Positions 11,808 through 24,199 of a stretch of 64,000 bases of DNA are shown piece by piece. The notes under the pieces are model-generated. The model saw only the letters and a list, made by a program, of their open reading frames with translations, had not been told where the DNA came from and did not search any database. Source of the DNA: Eukaryota sp. TZLM1-RC (taxonomy: Eukaryota > Protista > Metamonada: BaSk clade); NCBI GenBank assembly GCA_040285825.1, contig JAUPSS010000001.1, forward strand, positions 62,001-126,000, written 5' to 3'. Both the position numbers and the translations under genes were made by a program. Position 1 is the stretch's first letter. The number at the start of each line of letters is the position of its first letter.

Positions 11808-14800
11808 TCACTCAAATACTAAAGTATCAAAGGCAAATGACTCATCATCAAGATCAATTGCAACAGATTGCGGGGTTCTGATGGTGAGAGTCTCTTCAAC
11901 AGGCGTCTTTAATCTTGCAGGCGATCCTGTTTCAGCTTGAATCCTGATAGAGGGGGTCTGATGCGAGGAACCTCGTAGAAATGAGCTTTGCAATGATTGA
12001 ATCAAAAAAGCAGGCGAAGGAATGGCAAATCCACCAAAATGGGAAGGAAAAGACTGACTTATTGATTGAAATTGATTGATTGATTGGAACTGACTGGAGC
12101 TGTTTTGTGAATCAAACAATGCTCTCTTATCAAATAGAACACGAGCCCCTGTTACATTGTCCAATACTCTGTGATGTCGTCTTTCACCAATATGATTGCA
12201 CTTGAAACAGAATTCACATAAATTGACTTTGGTTCCTTCTATACTACAATCTTCACAATAATACTTGGCAGAAACTTCATGTCCGTCATCAAGTACTAAA
12301 TGTCTTGAACACAAAGGAGAACTTTTATCAAAATCATTTTTGAAAGAACTTACCTTTACTTGGATTGAATTCGAAAGAGTAAACGGTTTGATGGTGCCCA
12401 ACTTGAATCTTTGGAAGCAATCACGGCATAGAAAAGGACTATTCGCCTTGGATTTTATTGCAAATTCAACAACCTCGTCAGCAAAAGCACCTAAATTGGG
12501 CACAGACTTTCCCAATGTGGCATTAAAATTAGGAATCTGGTCCGATTGATTAACAATAGCACCAGTTGAACAAACTAAGCCAACGCACTTACAGAGTGAA
12601 CATTCACCTTCAGAGTAAAAGAGACCAATTGAACGTAATTTTGACACTAGTTTGAATCTTGTTTGTCTAATGTCTTTATAAGACACTAAGAAGTAGATAA
12701 TAATAGAATTGACAATAGAAAATGACAAACATAGTAGCAAAATGTACAGTGAGTTTACCATATTGGGCGGGAAATCATATCGAATAATTGAAAGATTCGC
12801 AATAAGAAAAGGAAATTTTAGCGGACTATATGAAACAACTACCAAATTTTCCCCTTCTACAAACTCAAATGAAGAAGAAACTAAACAAAAAGCAGAATTT
12901 TCTTGGAAATACCCTCCATATCGGTTACAATTCAAGGAAGCTTCAGAATTAGAATCTTCACGAAGCAAATTTTGCAAGTTTTGGTTTAAGACATTACCAT
13001 TGGTCACTAGTGGAATATCAGAAGAGTCAACATCGATCTGAGCAATCATGACGTGATCTCGACTACCAGATCGCGAAGGTGCAAAAAGTATTGAACCACT
13101 GGCCGCTGGACGGACCACTACGTTAATACAGAAAGGAATAGAAGGAAGAAAATCAGGGTGAGTGACACGTAAGCACAGGTCATCATGATCACGTGATGTG
13201 TCAAAATTAATGGTGTTATTGACTTCTTTCCAGGATTGGTTATTCCAACAATATTCAACAGCAGAATAGGTTCCAGTTATTTCAAACGGTAAAGAAATGC
13301 CTTGCTTGAAATAAAAAACATCATCAAAGATCAAATAGTCAAAGGAGTTTAAGTAATTGAATTTGTAATCAAAATTAACATTTAATAGAGGTATTATAGC
13401 TTTTTGAACAGGCAAAGAAGGTAAATAGGAAACATCATCAAAAGGAACACTGTAAAAACAAATTTCTTTGAAGTCAACCATATTTAAATTAATTAAAGAA
13501 TTATTTTCTAAATTAATAACAGTGACACCAGAGACAATTTCAAATGATTCGTCAATGAATTCAAAGACAGGACAAACACCGGTTGTTGTGAGCGAACCGA
13601 AACATTTTTGATGAGAAGAACAAAATAAAAGCAACGAAGTATTAGTTAAATGTTCAAAAGAGCTGAAAAGTGGTGGAGAAATTCTTGGCCTAAAATAATA
13701 ATTACTTAGTGAAATTAATTCAGATGAAATTAAATACTGATGTGACTTCTGAAACACTAAAAAACCAATGGAAACATTAGTGGTGATATCAAAAAATGGT
13801 TCCAATAAAGAATGAATTGAAAATGAATTAGAATTAGAATTAATTACTTGGCCATTATCCAAAATGAAAGAAATTAAAGAAAATTCTTGAGTGAAAACAA
13901 GACTGTCGTTGGCAATCATATAATCGACACCTAATGAAAAATCACTTATACATTCATTTAACCAGGGAAATGTGCCAGCAAATGCTGAGTAATCACACGT
14001 TTCAGTTTCAGCTATAAAGTCATCTTGAAGAAGAACAACGTCATCATTAAATGGGGAATTATTAAATGATACTTCAGAGTAATTGTCAATATTGATTGAT
14101 TGGATCGTGATTGATTGAGTGATTGATTGATAAGCAGGAACCAACCACACAATGTTATCCGAACTGACGCCAGTTCGCACCTTGAATAAAGGATAATCAT
14201 TTAGATAGAAAAACGATTCCTCTGCGTGGGAAATTTTCAAAAAAAAGCCATCCTTAATCAATTTTGATTGCAAAATCGAGCTACCAATCAAATTTCCAGT
14301 GGTGACATCAACAATTCTGACCGAGAAAGACTCGATGGAAACAGGAGAAACCGATAGTTTAATATTAGAAAATTCAATCAAATGTAGACTGGTTTCAACT
14401 TGAAAATCAAAAGTAATGTACAAATTAAATTTCTCTTCGTTTATATCCAACCCTACCAAAGAGACTAACTCTACCTCGCAATTATCTTTTCCAAAGCCTT
14501 GGCTGATTGGTTTAAATAATCGAGATGGCATGGTACATTTGAAAGCAGTACTTGAATTGAGAGGAGAAAAGAAACCTTCGGAAACTAAGGTGCATTGATT
14601 ACCATCAAAAACGTGATCAATTTGATTGCACATCACTTCGCACCGATTACCATAAAAACTATCAAAAACTAATTCATTGGGACAGGGGATTAACACATCA
14701 GAAAACTTGCTAGTTTTAAACCCTAACGGAGTCGGGACACAACTCTTTCCCTTTTGAATTTCAAATTCATTGATACAAGCAAAGTCACAATTGTCATGGC

Positions 14801-16061
14801 CATCCATTGATGGAGAGGTGAAAATAGAATTAGGTGGCTTTGTGCAAGGATATAGGTGACAGGAAACTGAGTAGTAGCCTATTGGAACGGGTAAAAGAAA
14901 GTTGTCGTTATTACACCAAGTAGTAGGTGAGCACGTACTTGACTGGCAATCTCCTTCTAATATCACGTCATAGGGGTCATATGATGACATGCTTGGCAAG
15001 GAAGTGATTGACTGATGATTGATTGATTGATGATTGATTGACTGATGATTGATTGATTGATTATCTGATATTTCTCCATCTATGTTTCCAAAATTAAATC
15101 CAACCTTAGAAAACTCTTTAATAACAAGACCAGAATTGATAACGTGATCAACAAAACTTGGTTCAAAGACTACCTCCATACTGGCTGAATGAAAACGTAC
15201 TGAATCCAAAGAAAAGTTCAAAGATAGAGGATCAGAAATGGCATAATAATGACCCAAACATTGCAAAATTGATGGTGAAATCAACTTAAAAGAGGACAAA
15301 TGGATGTGAGAATGAAAATTGGTTAAATTTACGTTAAAATGGTGGAAATTGGCCAGTAATGTTTCAATATGGGAATTGAAACAATTATTTCCAGGATTGA
15401 ATGTATAAAGATAGTTTTCCAATTTCATATTAAAAGTATTCAAATTATTTAAATTCAAATCTTTAATTTCGTTCAATAAATCTTTCAATAATCCAAGACT
15501 AAAGAATCCAATTTCGTTCAATTTATTTGATCTACTTGATTGAAAAAATTTGGTAATATCAACCAATAAATGACTCAGCTTCTCTCCGTATTGAAACAGT
15601 AGATTCCTTCTCCATTTTGTTCTGATATTCAGTAAGTAGGATCTACTCGCACCCATCGCACCCATTGTAGATTGCGATTGAAGACTTGAGGTTGCTTCTT
15701 CTAAATCCAAATGGAGTTTAATGGAGTGAGAAGTAATGTTACGTAAAAGTTCAGAAGTGGAATGGGATAAGGAAAGAAAGACTTCAACGTTGGATGGCAG
15801 GTCAAAGATGGACGAAAGGGATGCCTTGTTACAGCAAAAGGTCGATCCATAAGATTTTTTTACATTGTGATCGAAAAAGGAAAGGGTGTATGGAACAAAA
15901 GTAGAGAAGCATGTTCCACATGAAGGAATGTTGATTGGATGAATATTGGTTGGTGAAAGAGCTATTAATCTGGAGAACTGGCTTGTTAATGCAGAAAGGT
16001 GAACCAGATCGAGACTACCAGAGCACACAACCACAGTGATGAAGAGGCATAGAAGCTTCAT
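11808..16061 (-). CDS. Large type-I membrane protein: signal peptide, Cys-rich ephrin-receptor/GCC-like repeats, TM, cytoplasmic Cys/His B-box-like finger
   Basis: MKLLCLFITVVVCS leader; P.GYYS..C..C repeats; TM LYILLLCLSFSIVNSIIIYFLV; CEDC..LCEFCFKCNH..H. Confidence 0.8.
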   Translation of the reverse strand: MKLLCLFITVVVCSGSLDLVHLSALTSQFSRLIALSPTNIHPINIPSCGTCFSTFVPYTLSFFDHNVKKSYGSTFCCNKASLSSIFDLPSNVEVFLSLSHSTSELLRNITSHSIKLHLDLEEATSSLQSQSTMGAMGASRSYLLNIRTKWRRNLLFQYGEKLSHLLVDITKFFQSSRSNKLNEIGFFSLGLLKDLLNEIKDLNLNNLNTFNMKLENYLYTFNPGNNCFNSHIETLLANFHHFNVNLTNFHSHIHLSSFKLISPSILQCLGHYYAISDPLSLNFSLDSVRFHSASMEVVFEPSFVDHVINSGLVIKEFSKVGFNFGNIDGEISDNQSINHQSINHQSINHQSITSLPSMSSYDPYDVILEGDCQSSTCSPTTWCNNDNFLLPVPIGYYSVSCHLYPCTKPPNSIFTSPSMDGHDNCDFACINEFEIQKGKSCVPTPLGFKTSKFSDVLIPCPNELVFDSFYGNRCEVMCNQIDHVFDGNQCTLVSEGFFSPLNSSTAFKCTMPSRLFKPISQGFGKDNCEVELVSLVGLDINEEKFNLYITFDFQVETSLHLIEFSNIKLSVSPVSIESFSVRIVDVTTGNLIGSSILQSKLIKDGFFLKISHAEESFFYLNDYPLFKVRTGVSSDNIVWLVPAYQSITQSITIQSINIDNYSEVSFNNSPFNDDVVLLQDDFIAETETCDYSAFAGTFPWLNECISDFSLGVDYMIANDSLVFTQEFSLISFILDNGQVINSNSNSFSIHSLLEPFFDITTNVSIGFLVFQKSHQYLISSELISLSNYYFRPRISPPLFSSFEHLTNTSLLLFCSSHQKCFGSLTTTGVCPVFEFIDESFEIVSGVTVINLENNSLINLNMVDFKEICFYSVPFDDVSYLPSLPVQKAIIPLLNVNFDYKFNYLNSFDYLIFDDVFYFKQGISLPFEITGTYSAVEYCWNNQSWKEVNNTINFDTSRDHDDLCLRVTHPDFLPSIPFCINVVVRPAASGSILFAPSRSGSRDHVMIAQIDVDSSDIPLVTNGNVLNQNLQNLLREDSNSEASLNCNRYGGYFQENSAFCLVSSSFEFVEGENLVVVSYSPLKFPFLIANLSIIRYDFPPNMVNSLYILLLCLSFSIVNSIIIYFLVSYKDIRQTRFKLVSKLRSIGLFYSEGECSLCKCVGLVCSTGAIVNQSDQIPNFNATLGKSVPNLGAFADEVVEFAIKSKANSPFLCRDCFQRFKLGTIKPFTLSNSIQVKVSSFKNDFDKSSPLCSRHLVLDDGHEVSAKYYCEDCSIEGTKVNLCEFCFKCNHIGERRHHRVLDNVTGARVLFDKRALFDSQNSSSQFQSINQFQSISQSFPSHFGGFAIPSPAFLIQSLQSSFLRGSSHQTPSIRIQAETGSPARLKTPVEETLTIRTPQSVAIDLDDESFAFDTLVFE
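15005..15062 (-). repeat. 15-bp coding tandem repeat (NHQSI)x~4
   Basis: GATTGA(C/T)TGATGATT units; related QSI(N/T) tracts near 14090-14130 and 12055-12090. Confidence 0.8.
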
Positions 16062-16099
16062 CAGAAATTTTGCCAAATCCAATTAATTCTTCGTTCTTA

Positions 16100-17173
16100 A
16101 TGTTCAATTGCACTTTAAATGGTTCTTACAGATATGGAACTCTCACACTGGATTCAGGACATTTGCTCTCCACTCCTACATTGTCTCTTTATGCTGGACC
16201 AGGAAACCCTCCTGGACTGATACAGAGAGACGCCAAGCTTAGCTCAAACCTCTCATTCTCTATATCCTATCCTCATGTATGGGACCGACTGGAGCCATTG
16301 GATATCCCAAAAACTTCACTTTCTCAGTTTTACTCCCACAATGTTCCAGTGGTCTTAACTGTAGCGGATTCCATGTCAACTGATATCGACTCTGTATCTG
16401 ATGATTCGTTGTCTATTCACACCCAAAGTGGCCGTCTCAAGTGTACCCCCAAAAAATATTCAGATTTCATCAACAAGTGGAGCCCTGAAGTTGCAATACT
16501 TCCAGCAGACGAATTTAATCTCAGATCCAGCAACGAAAGTACGAGGAGGACGGTATCAAGTAGCCAAAGGACTATTACTTGGACATCTGAGTTTGTTGAC
16601 ACAATCACTTCCAAGACCCTTGTTTTGCTACCTGTTTCTTCTAAATTTGTACCAGAATTACCAAGTAATAAGGAGTTTCTATTTGGTTTTAATTTGAGTG
16701 TTATCGACACTAAATCATCAATCAAACCCAATCAAATCCAATCCATTTGGACTAACCTTCCTTTTCAGGCACTGAGATCTGCCACTTGTTTGGGAGCTCC
16801 AGATCAATTATTTGATCTTATTGAATCTGGTATTGATTTGATCTCAATCTCGTTCCACGTGGTGACAGCGAAGCAAGGAATTGCGTTGTCTTTTCTTGAT
16901 GATTCAGAACCTGTTCCATGGATCAATCTTTATGATTCGAAGTTTGCTACTGATTCTTCTTCATTGGCCAGTTCGTGTGAACTTCAATGTTGCACTAGGC
17001 ATTCGAGACAATATCTTCATCATTTGCTGAAATGTCATGAAATGATTGGGGAATCTTTACTGTTGTTACATAATGCCAATGTTATGGTGACACTAATGGA
17101 TAATATACGAAATTCTATAGTTTGCGGAACTTTTAATGATTATAAAGCTAAAATACTTAAGAACTTGCTTTAA
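16100..17173 (+). CDS. QTRT2: Queuine tRNA-ribosyltransferase accessory subunit
   Basis: TGT fold: R.GTL..STPT, IESGIDL, C..CC.RHSRQYLHHLLKCHEM..LL.LHN zinc site; catalytic DSGG absent. Confidence 0.85.
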   Translation: MFNCTLNGSYRYGTLTLDSGHLLSTPTLSLYAGPGNPPGLIQRDAKLSSNLSFSISYPHVWDRLEPLDIPKTSLSQFYSHNVPVVLTVADSMSTDIDSVSDDSLSIHTQSGRLKCTPKKYSDFINKWSPEVAILPADEFNLRSSNESTRRTVSSSQRTITWTSEFVDTITSKTLVLLPVSSKFVPELPSNKEFLFGFNLSVIDTKSSIKPNQIQSIWTNLPFQALRSATCLGAPDQLFDLIESGIDLISISFHVVTAKQGIALSFLDDSEPVPWINLYDSKFATDSSSLASSCELQCCTRHSRQYLHHLLKCHEMIGESLLLLHNANVMVTLMDNIRNSIVCGTFNDYKAKILKNLL

Positions 17174-18129
17174 ATAAACATTTATTATCTTTTTATTTAT
17201 TTTTATAATTCAAATTATTTTGATTGCTGAAGTTCAGTAAATAATACTGCAAATTTCTCTTTATTGGTCTTATTATGAATGAATTTCTCTGTTGTTTTCA
17301 ACTTTCTCAATCTCTACTTACATTCATTTGGCATAGACAATCTTGATCCTAATCAATGAGCAGCCTCAAAAGCACAAAAAAAAGCAAAATCTCGTGACAC
17401 GGTCTCTCAAATGCCATTCTAACATGAATACATTTGTTGCAAAAGTTTCAATACTTCTTCACACACCTCAAACGGATAATTGAAAAATAGTGAAAAAAAT
17501 TTCAAAAATTATAATAAATTTATCAGAAAAAGAATGACACAATAAGTAATCTTCATGTTAAACGTTGGTGACTAGAGAAATGTTGGACCGAATCTTTTTC
17601 CCTGTAACAGGAATAAATAGCGAGTTGAGAGCTAGAGGTGAATGATAAATGTGATCAGGGGACTTCCCGCTCCATTCACGACTTTTGGTTGCCTATTCTG
17701 CAAGGTTTTGAACCCTCGACCTCGCTCACCCTCATTCAATGCCTTTACAACTTTTCGCTGCAACTATTCGGAACTATAACAAGTACACCACTTGCCATAT
17801 ACTTTTGCTTTGCACCAGCTTTACACAAACTATGGGCAATATTATTCAAACAAGCTCTCCAAGACCGCTCTTATCACTAATTATTACTAACCCATGGTAC
17901 TACTCGGTTTTTCTCTTTGCATTCTGAATGTATGTTTGATGGTATGTCCTTTTTTACAAGGTGATTAGGATCCCCAACTGCTACTATGAAGGTTAAAAAT
18001 CTAGAATTTTTTTTGTTTATTTTGTATAAATTATGTTGATTTACCTATCATTGTTTTTGAAATTTGCAATATTCAAAGTTGTAATGTCTGATGTATAATA
18101 CACAAGACTTGATATGAGTAAGTCTAATC

Positions 18130-18495
18130 TCAGCCATAATGATTTAAGATGTCAACGACCTCAACAGTCAATGTTTTAACTAGATCATCTCTCTCTTGAC
18201 CAGTTAAGTCAAGTTCTGCACCATAATCTAACAACAAAATGGTTATTCCAACACAGCCAGATTGTACAGCATACATCAAAGGAAGACTGCCATAGGAATC
18301 CTTTGCATTGGGATTACATCCCATTTCCAACAACACCCTAACTGTTTGATAACAGACACTCTTCACTGCATGGTGAAGGGCATTTGTAGCTTCGGAATGG
18401 TAAAGCACACTATTAAGTGATGGTACATCACCAATCTTTGCGATTTCGTTGATGGCAACATGATCACATTGCTGCAGAAGATCTCGAAGAGACAT
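18130..18495 (-). CDS. Small ankyrin-repeat protein
   Basis: NALHHAV..VRVLLEMGCNPNAKDSYGSLPLMYAV..LLLDYGA. Confidence 0.85.
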   Translation of the reverse strand: MSLRDLLQQCDHVAINEIAKIGDVPSLNSVLYHSEATNALHHAVKSVCYQTVRVLLEMGCNPNAKDSYGSLPLMYAVQSGCVGITILLLDYGAELDLTGQERDDLVKTLTVEVVDILNHYG

Positions 18496-18609
18496 GAATG
18501 TGCATTGACATCATTTATGTTTGTGACTATAGTCTCGATACCCTTTTTAGATATCTTTGTTTTAATCTTGGACGTAAACCCAAATTTGATGTAATTCTTT
18601 CTATTTATT

Positions 18610-18960
18610 GAACATGCACACTTAATAAAATTAATTCATAGCCAATGGGACGAGAATCATTGAACCAAGTTTTCATCCACAAAATCTTGGTCTGCTTGCT
18701 GTCTAGCTAAAGCCTCTCTAATTCGATTGAAAAACCGAGTTAATCTATTAATAATGGCAAATTCAATCCGCGAGCGCCATAAAAAATATCAAATCTTGTC
18801 ATTGTTTTTTCTTGTACCATTTTTTGATAGTCATTCAAAAAAGTTTCTGCTTCTACTGATAGTCTTCCGTTTATCCAAAATGGGAAAGTAATAAAAACTA
18901 GTGGTGTATTTCTACCAGCATAAGGCCCTTCGATATTTTTGTCATATTTTCTATATTTTT
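18610..18960 (-). mobile_element. CRE-like retrotransposon 3' end (family A)
   Basis: Matches family A tail ..RQQADQDFVDE and 3' UTR TAAGTGTGCA. Confidence 0.85.
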
Positions 18961-20995
18961 ATTTTATTAACTCAAATATTTATTGAGATAAAAAAACCCA
19001 TCTAGAATTCAATATCCACCAAACAAGCGTCACTATTACTAAACCTACTCACAACATTACGTTCATATTCTACGCCAATAGCTAAAAGTGCCTTTGAAAT
19101 CATTGTTACAATAGACTTGAAAATGCAAAAAACAATTCTATTTAACCAGAAAGTGGAATTCATTGTTTTACCAGACCTATTCAGTAACACTTTTTGAAAT
19201 TTTCAAAAAAGTGTAACCCTGAAGGTCCAATATTGCCAAAAAGAGAAATTGCAAACGGCACAAACTGATATTTCACATGTTCCACTCTACCTAACTGTGC
19301 CAAAGGTTCTTCATATTTTTTCTTCTTTTTTTCGGCGTTAGATAACGGCGAATCAGCGGAATACACTAAACGAGAAGCAGAATTTTTACAAACATCAACT
19401 GAGACAACATCTACAACATTGAGAACACCATCGATCCCTGGAGCTACTAAATCTGCCCTTCTTTTACCAAAGGAATCATCAGTTTGATCTGAAGACAGCT
19501 TACGTACTAGTGGCTCAATAAATGCCTCTATATTGAAACTTTTGCAAATGGCATATAATTGATCACGAACTGAGTCATGAACAATTGAGCGATAAGTTAT
19601 AAAATACTTACAGTTTAAAATATGGGAAAGCGTAACAACACTCTTGCAGCGACAAATTCAATCATTTGGTAAAGAACAAGGCCATAGAAAACATCTCATT
19701 CTCATTGCAGTGGTCCATTGGTGATCATTAAGTAGAAGGCCGTAAATGTTGAGAATTTGGGAGATTAGGCAACTTGAGCAACTCTCTTCAAGATCAATCA
19801 AAAAGTTTGCAAAAATGGCATTTTTTTCTTTAGCCAAGCTAAGACATACAATATAATCCAAGTTTTCTAAAACTTTCAAGATTGTTTTCTGCAATTTTGT
19901 AAAAGTCAGTGGTAAGGAGAGCAAACTTCTTGGAGGAAGTTCCACAATATCAGAGGGGAAACATTTAGACCAAATATTGGGTGAAAGAGTTTCAATTTCC
20001 TGTTGCAAAGAATTAAGATAAGAGCTGCCACAATTTTCAATGAGATCAATTTTTTCAGGAAAACGATTCACAAATTCATAAATAAAATTTTTACCACCTC
20101 CAATAAAGGCAGCTTTACAAAGGTAGCTTGATTTATGAAATTCAACACCACCAAAATTTAAACACAAAAAATGTGGCTTTGTAACTGAGATGCATCAATT
20201 TCCAATAATTTTGCTAAAAAATTGGTTCTTTGTTCATTAAAAAATCGACAAAACTCCAAAGAAATTGATGGTGATATTGATCTCAAAATATGAGTAAATT
20301 TTCCAGAATAACAAATTTTTAGGAAAAAGAATTTCAAATGGTTCTCAATATTTAAATTTTCTATTGATTCTAATTCATTTCCAAATTGAGTCAACAGAGT
20401 CGAAAGTTGACCTTTGACTTCATCAATATTTCCGAGATAACAACCCAAAAAACGAAAACCAGACTGATGATAATTGATAAAGGGGACATTGACATCATTA
20501 ATGAAAAAATCAATTGGTTAATGGCCAATAATCAAACATTTGGAGATATTCAATGAGAGACCAATATCTTCATAACGCTGTTGAATAAAAGTTGCTATTT
20601 GTTTGAGAATTGTAATAGGAGCAACTACAGGAATGTCATCCAAATATGCTACAATATCTATTTCTGGGAATTTTTCTTTTAATTCGCACATTAATAGATG
20701 AATTGTCAGACAAAAGAAAAAAGGACCAAGTGGATCGCCTTGTCTAACACCTGAAAACGAAAGCAGGTCAAAGTTTTCATAGACCAATGTTGATGATTTT
20801 CCATAAAATGAATAGAAAAAGGGCTCAACTTCAGGAAAATGCTTTCGCAGCAAAGGCAAAATGGAAGAACGAGATACAGAATTAAAAGCATTCTTAAAAT
20901 CTAAATTAAAGATGTAATAAGAATCACTAGAATTAAACAACACATCAGACGAAAGAGCAGCAGATGAAGCACCATCAATTGTCTTGATTCCAAAA
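18961..20995 (-). mobile_element. CRE-like retrotransposon, RT plus RLE, decayed (family B)
   Basis: RT motifs LDFKNAFNSVSR, GVRQGDPLGP, AYLDD; zinc knuckle and RLE region homologous to 35194-36598. Confidence 0.9.
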
Positions 20996-22090
20996 TTGTC
21001 TTGATTGTTTTTCTTTAGCTTTAAATTCAATTGTCTTGATTGTTTTTCTTTAGCTTTAAATTCAATTGCACTTACATAATTAGGTTTTCTTCTGCGAACC
21101 AAAGTGTCATTTGCAACATTACATGAGACAAACTCAACAGCAGCTTCAGAATTATCAATCCAATCACAGTATACATCACCTCTTTCATCAGAACCAAAAT
21201 TATTCAGAAAAAGTGTTTCCTTCAGCAGGGGCTCTTTGATACACGATATTCTTGCAGTTTGTGCCATATTGAAAACAGTGTCTCTAACAGCATCATGTAA
21301 TGAAGAACGATAAGTTATCAATTTAGAGCAATTCAGAGCATGGCGCAAAGTGAGTTGAGGTGAATTCGAACAAATACATTTTTCTTTTGATAATAATTGA
21401 TTAATGGGGATATTCAAATATAATCTCAATTTTGTTACAAATGCTTCATTAGTAGCACACAGTCGAAATCTTCGTGGTACAATGGTTACAAACAGTGAAG
21501 AATCTGATGACTCTGATGACTGGTTTTCACAAACACCCTGTTCCAATAACAATGAATGAAGATCTTGATTTAAAACAGCCGAGCTGCATTTACTATTATA
21601 AATATCATCTTCATACATTCCAGTCAATTGTTTCTGTAATGTTCGAAGAGTGTATTTTAAATTTAAAAAATTCTATTCCGGAATATTGCCATTGCATGAT
21701 TGGGGAAAGCATCGACTCCATTTTTCCACATCAATTTTTGAAATTTCTTCATTTAATGCAAAAACAGTGGAACTTTGTGTTGTCATTAATAAATCTTCCC
21801 AATTGGCAAATCTTACAGAAAACTCAAAGATTGCATTTCTACATTCACCAATAAAAGCACACGAAGTAAGAATAGAAGCCTTTAACCAACCTGAACCGCC
21901 ATAATGTGGACTAAGATAAGCATGATCTGGAATTTGGAACATTCTACATCACAGTAATTGTGACAAAACTTTTGCACGTACTTCATTAAAACTCTGGGCC
22001 AAAGCCCTAGTGATAAGAAAATTTGTAGATCGAAAGAAATGATTCAAGTTGGAACTAAAACTCAGTCTTATAATGGTAAATTTGATATGT
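20996..22090 (-). mobile_element. CRE-like retrotransposon internal fragment (family A)
   Basis: CICSNS..RHALNC, HDAVRD, RGDV..D; near-identical to 44453-45841. Confidence 0.9.
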
Positions 22091-22899
22091 TTTGAAAGTT
22101 CAATACTACTGAGCTCACAACGACTATTTGGTGTCCTTCGTTCTACATCACGTGGGAGGAATAAAAGGTTCCACAGGCCGCAATACCGAAACTTTTACCA
22201 TTTTGATTCAGGCCAAATGAGGGCAACTGTTTTATTTATTTATTTTTCAAATTTGTTTTGTCTGTGATTTCATTAATTTATATGCTAAAATAGATTGAGC
22301 TGTCAAAATGTGTAACATCATTCAAGTTTGGTAAATGTCCTATTGCAATTGTTCCATTAAATTTTCGAGTAAATCCAGTAGTCTGAAGTTACATTAATTA
22401 AATAGACGTTTAATCTAATGGAATAACGAAGTAAATATTTTGTACCATTGTGATGAAGGTTATGAGATGGAGCTGCCTTTTTTGTTTTACTGTGTATCAG
22501 CATTACGTAAAAACATTTTATAATGATTCAAATGTTGCAAGATTCTTGAGGGTTTATACTATGTCGAAACTTAGCGTTTGTCTATTCTTTATTTTTTTGA
22601 TCTGATTAATTTTATGTTAACGTTTTTTATAATTGGTGTAATCCCAGCAAATGATGTTTCATTAAACTAGAATTGAAACTATCCAATGATTTTAGTTTTG
22701 TTTGTAATTTATGTAACACTTTGCTTTCGTATAAAATGATTTGCAATTTCAATGGACAAAAAACATTGAAGAAAATTGTGATTCACGTTTCTAGGTGTAA
22801 AAAAATTTCCACTATAAACTACTATTCCACATAAAGTAGGTGTTGCCGTGACGCCAATTTCCGGCGTTTCCAGCTTTTAACTTTTCACATTACAATCTT

Positions 22900-23620
22900 T
22901 TGCCTTTTTGTTGTCATGAATATCACTGACATCAACTTAAGAGACTTTGTGAGACCTATCCATAAAGGCGAATCTAATACTGCCACAACTTCTCCTACAT
23001 CTCCGAGTGGTCGTCGCAAGGACCCACAAGTTTGTTGTAATTTATGCCATCATGCTTCCGCAGGTTCACTTCCAGATTGAAAGTTCATTATGATATATCT
23101 GGAAGTAAAGTAAATCTGTGTTCTTCATAACCTTTTGAAATTGAACGAAAACGCTTAGCTCCAACAAACCTGGCCTTACCAAAGTAAACTGTTTGTTTGT
23201 AATTGGATCCATGATTGTTGGCTCTGAAGGTGAACTACCTTGTGAACTTCAGGTCGCAGCAAATGAAGAAATGCAACTTAAGTTGCTAATAGATTTTCTA
23301 GAGAGATTCCATGATGCAACCAATGGTTTGTCCAAAAGTATACCCTGTTTTTCTTCAGTTGATTTGGTATTCCATACATTATAGACCCATATCGACTCAT
23401 TTCATTAAACAAACTTCAACAGGCATTAATTTGTAGAATGTTGTAAAAAAATGAATGGGGTACTGTTGAAGTACAGAAGTGAATTATACATTTTTGGGGC
23501 TTATGTTGCAGCCTTTCTGGATCGTCGTGTGAAAGGTCGTTTGTCTTCGCCTGTTATTAATACTGATGAGCAAAGACAACAGGCACAGATGTTGACTAGT
23601 TAGAGGCTCCAAAAGCAGCA
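22900..23620 (+). mobile_element. Internally deleted hAT transposase relic
   Basis: BED-like VCCNLCHH, LIDFLERFHDATNGLS..FSSV, YVAAFLDRRVK (LDPR-like). No TIR pair found. Confidence 0.55.
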
Positions 23621-24199
23621 GGTTTTTTAATAAATAAATAAATAAATAGATACATAAGGTGTTGTGGAGATAGTGTACTGTTGTTTTAATATTCATTTAT
23701 AAAGTTTGACTATTTTTCACCGTATTCTTGGAGAAGTTTTCGAGTTCGATTCATTTTGAAGACGAAATTCGTCACACAATTATCACAGTAAAATTAGTCA
23801 TTGTATTATAATTATCCTAAAGTTTTGTCAAGTCAATTATTCGCTAAATTTAATTACCACCCATTTTGTTGGCAATGCCAAGGTTTCTGCTTCTGCTTAT
23901 TCGTAGTAATTAATTTATCCAAATTGAATTCTTTCGCAGACAATCCTGAATAATCTGTTCCCACTTCAGACCACTGAGATACCATGCTTTCTGAACTACC
24001 CAGATTATTCAGTACATTTTGATTTCATTTGAATGATTCATCTGAATTCATCGTGAATTTCTCGAAAATTCTGAAGCTTTACTTAGAGCAAATAATGGAA
24101 AATTAATACATCATTATTGGAAATAGTTCCTTTAAACGGATACAAGGACTTTCCCACAAAAAGATTGATCCAAAAAGATAAAAGGAGGTCAAAAAAAGA

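Noticed and set aside
17695-17810. tRNA-like B-box (GGTTCAAAACC) and A-box-like TGGCAAGTGG on the minus strand
   Set aside because: No cloverleaf or acceptor stem could be built; tRNAscan-SE would settle it.
22837-23881. Possible TIR pair for the deleted hAT
   Set aside because: Only 8/11 match and there is no TSD.
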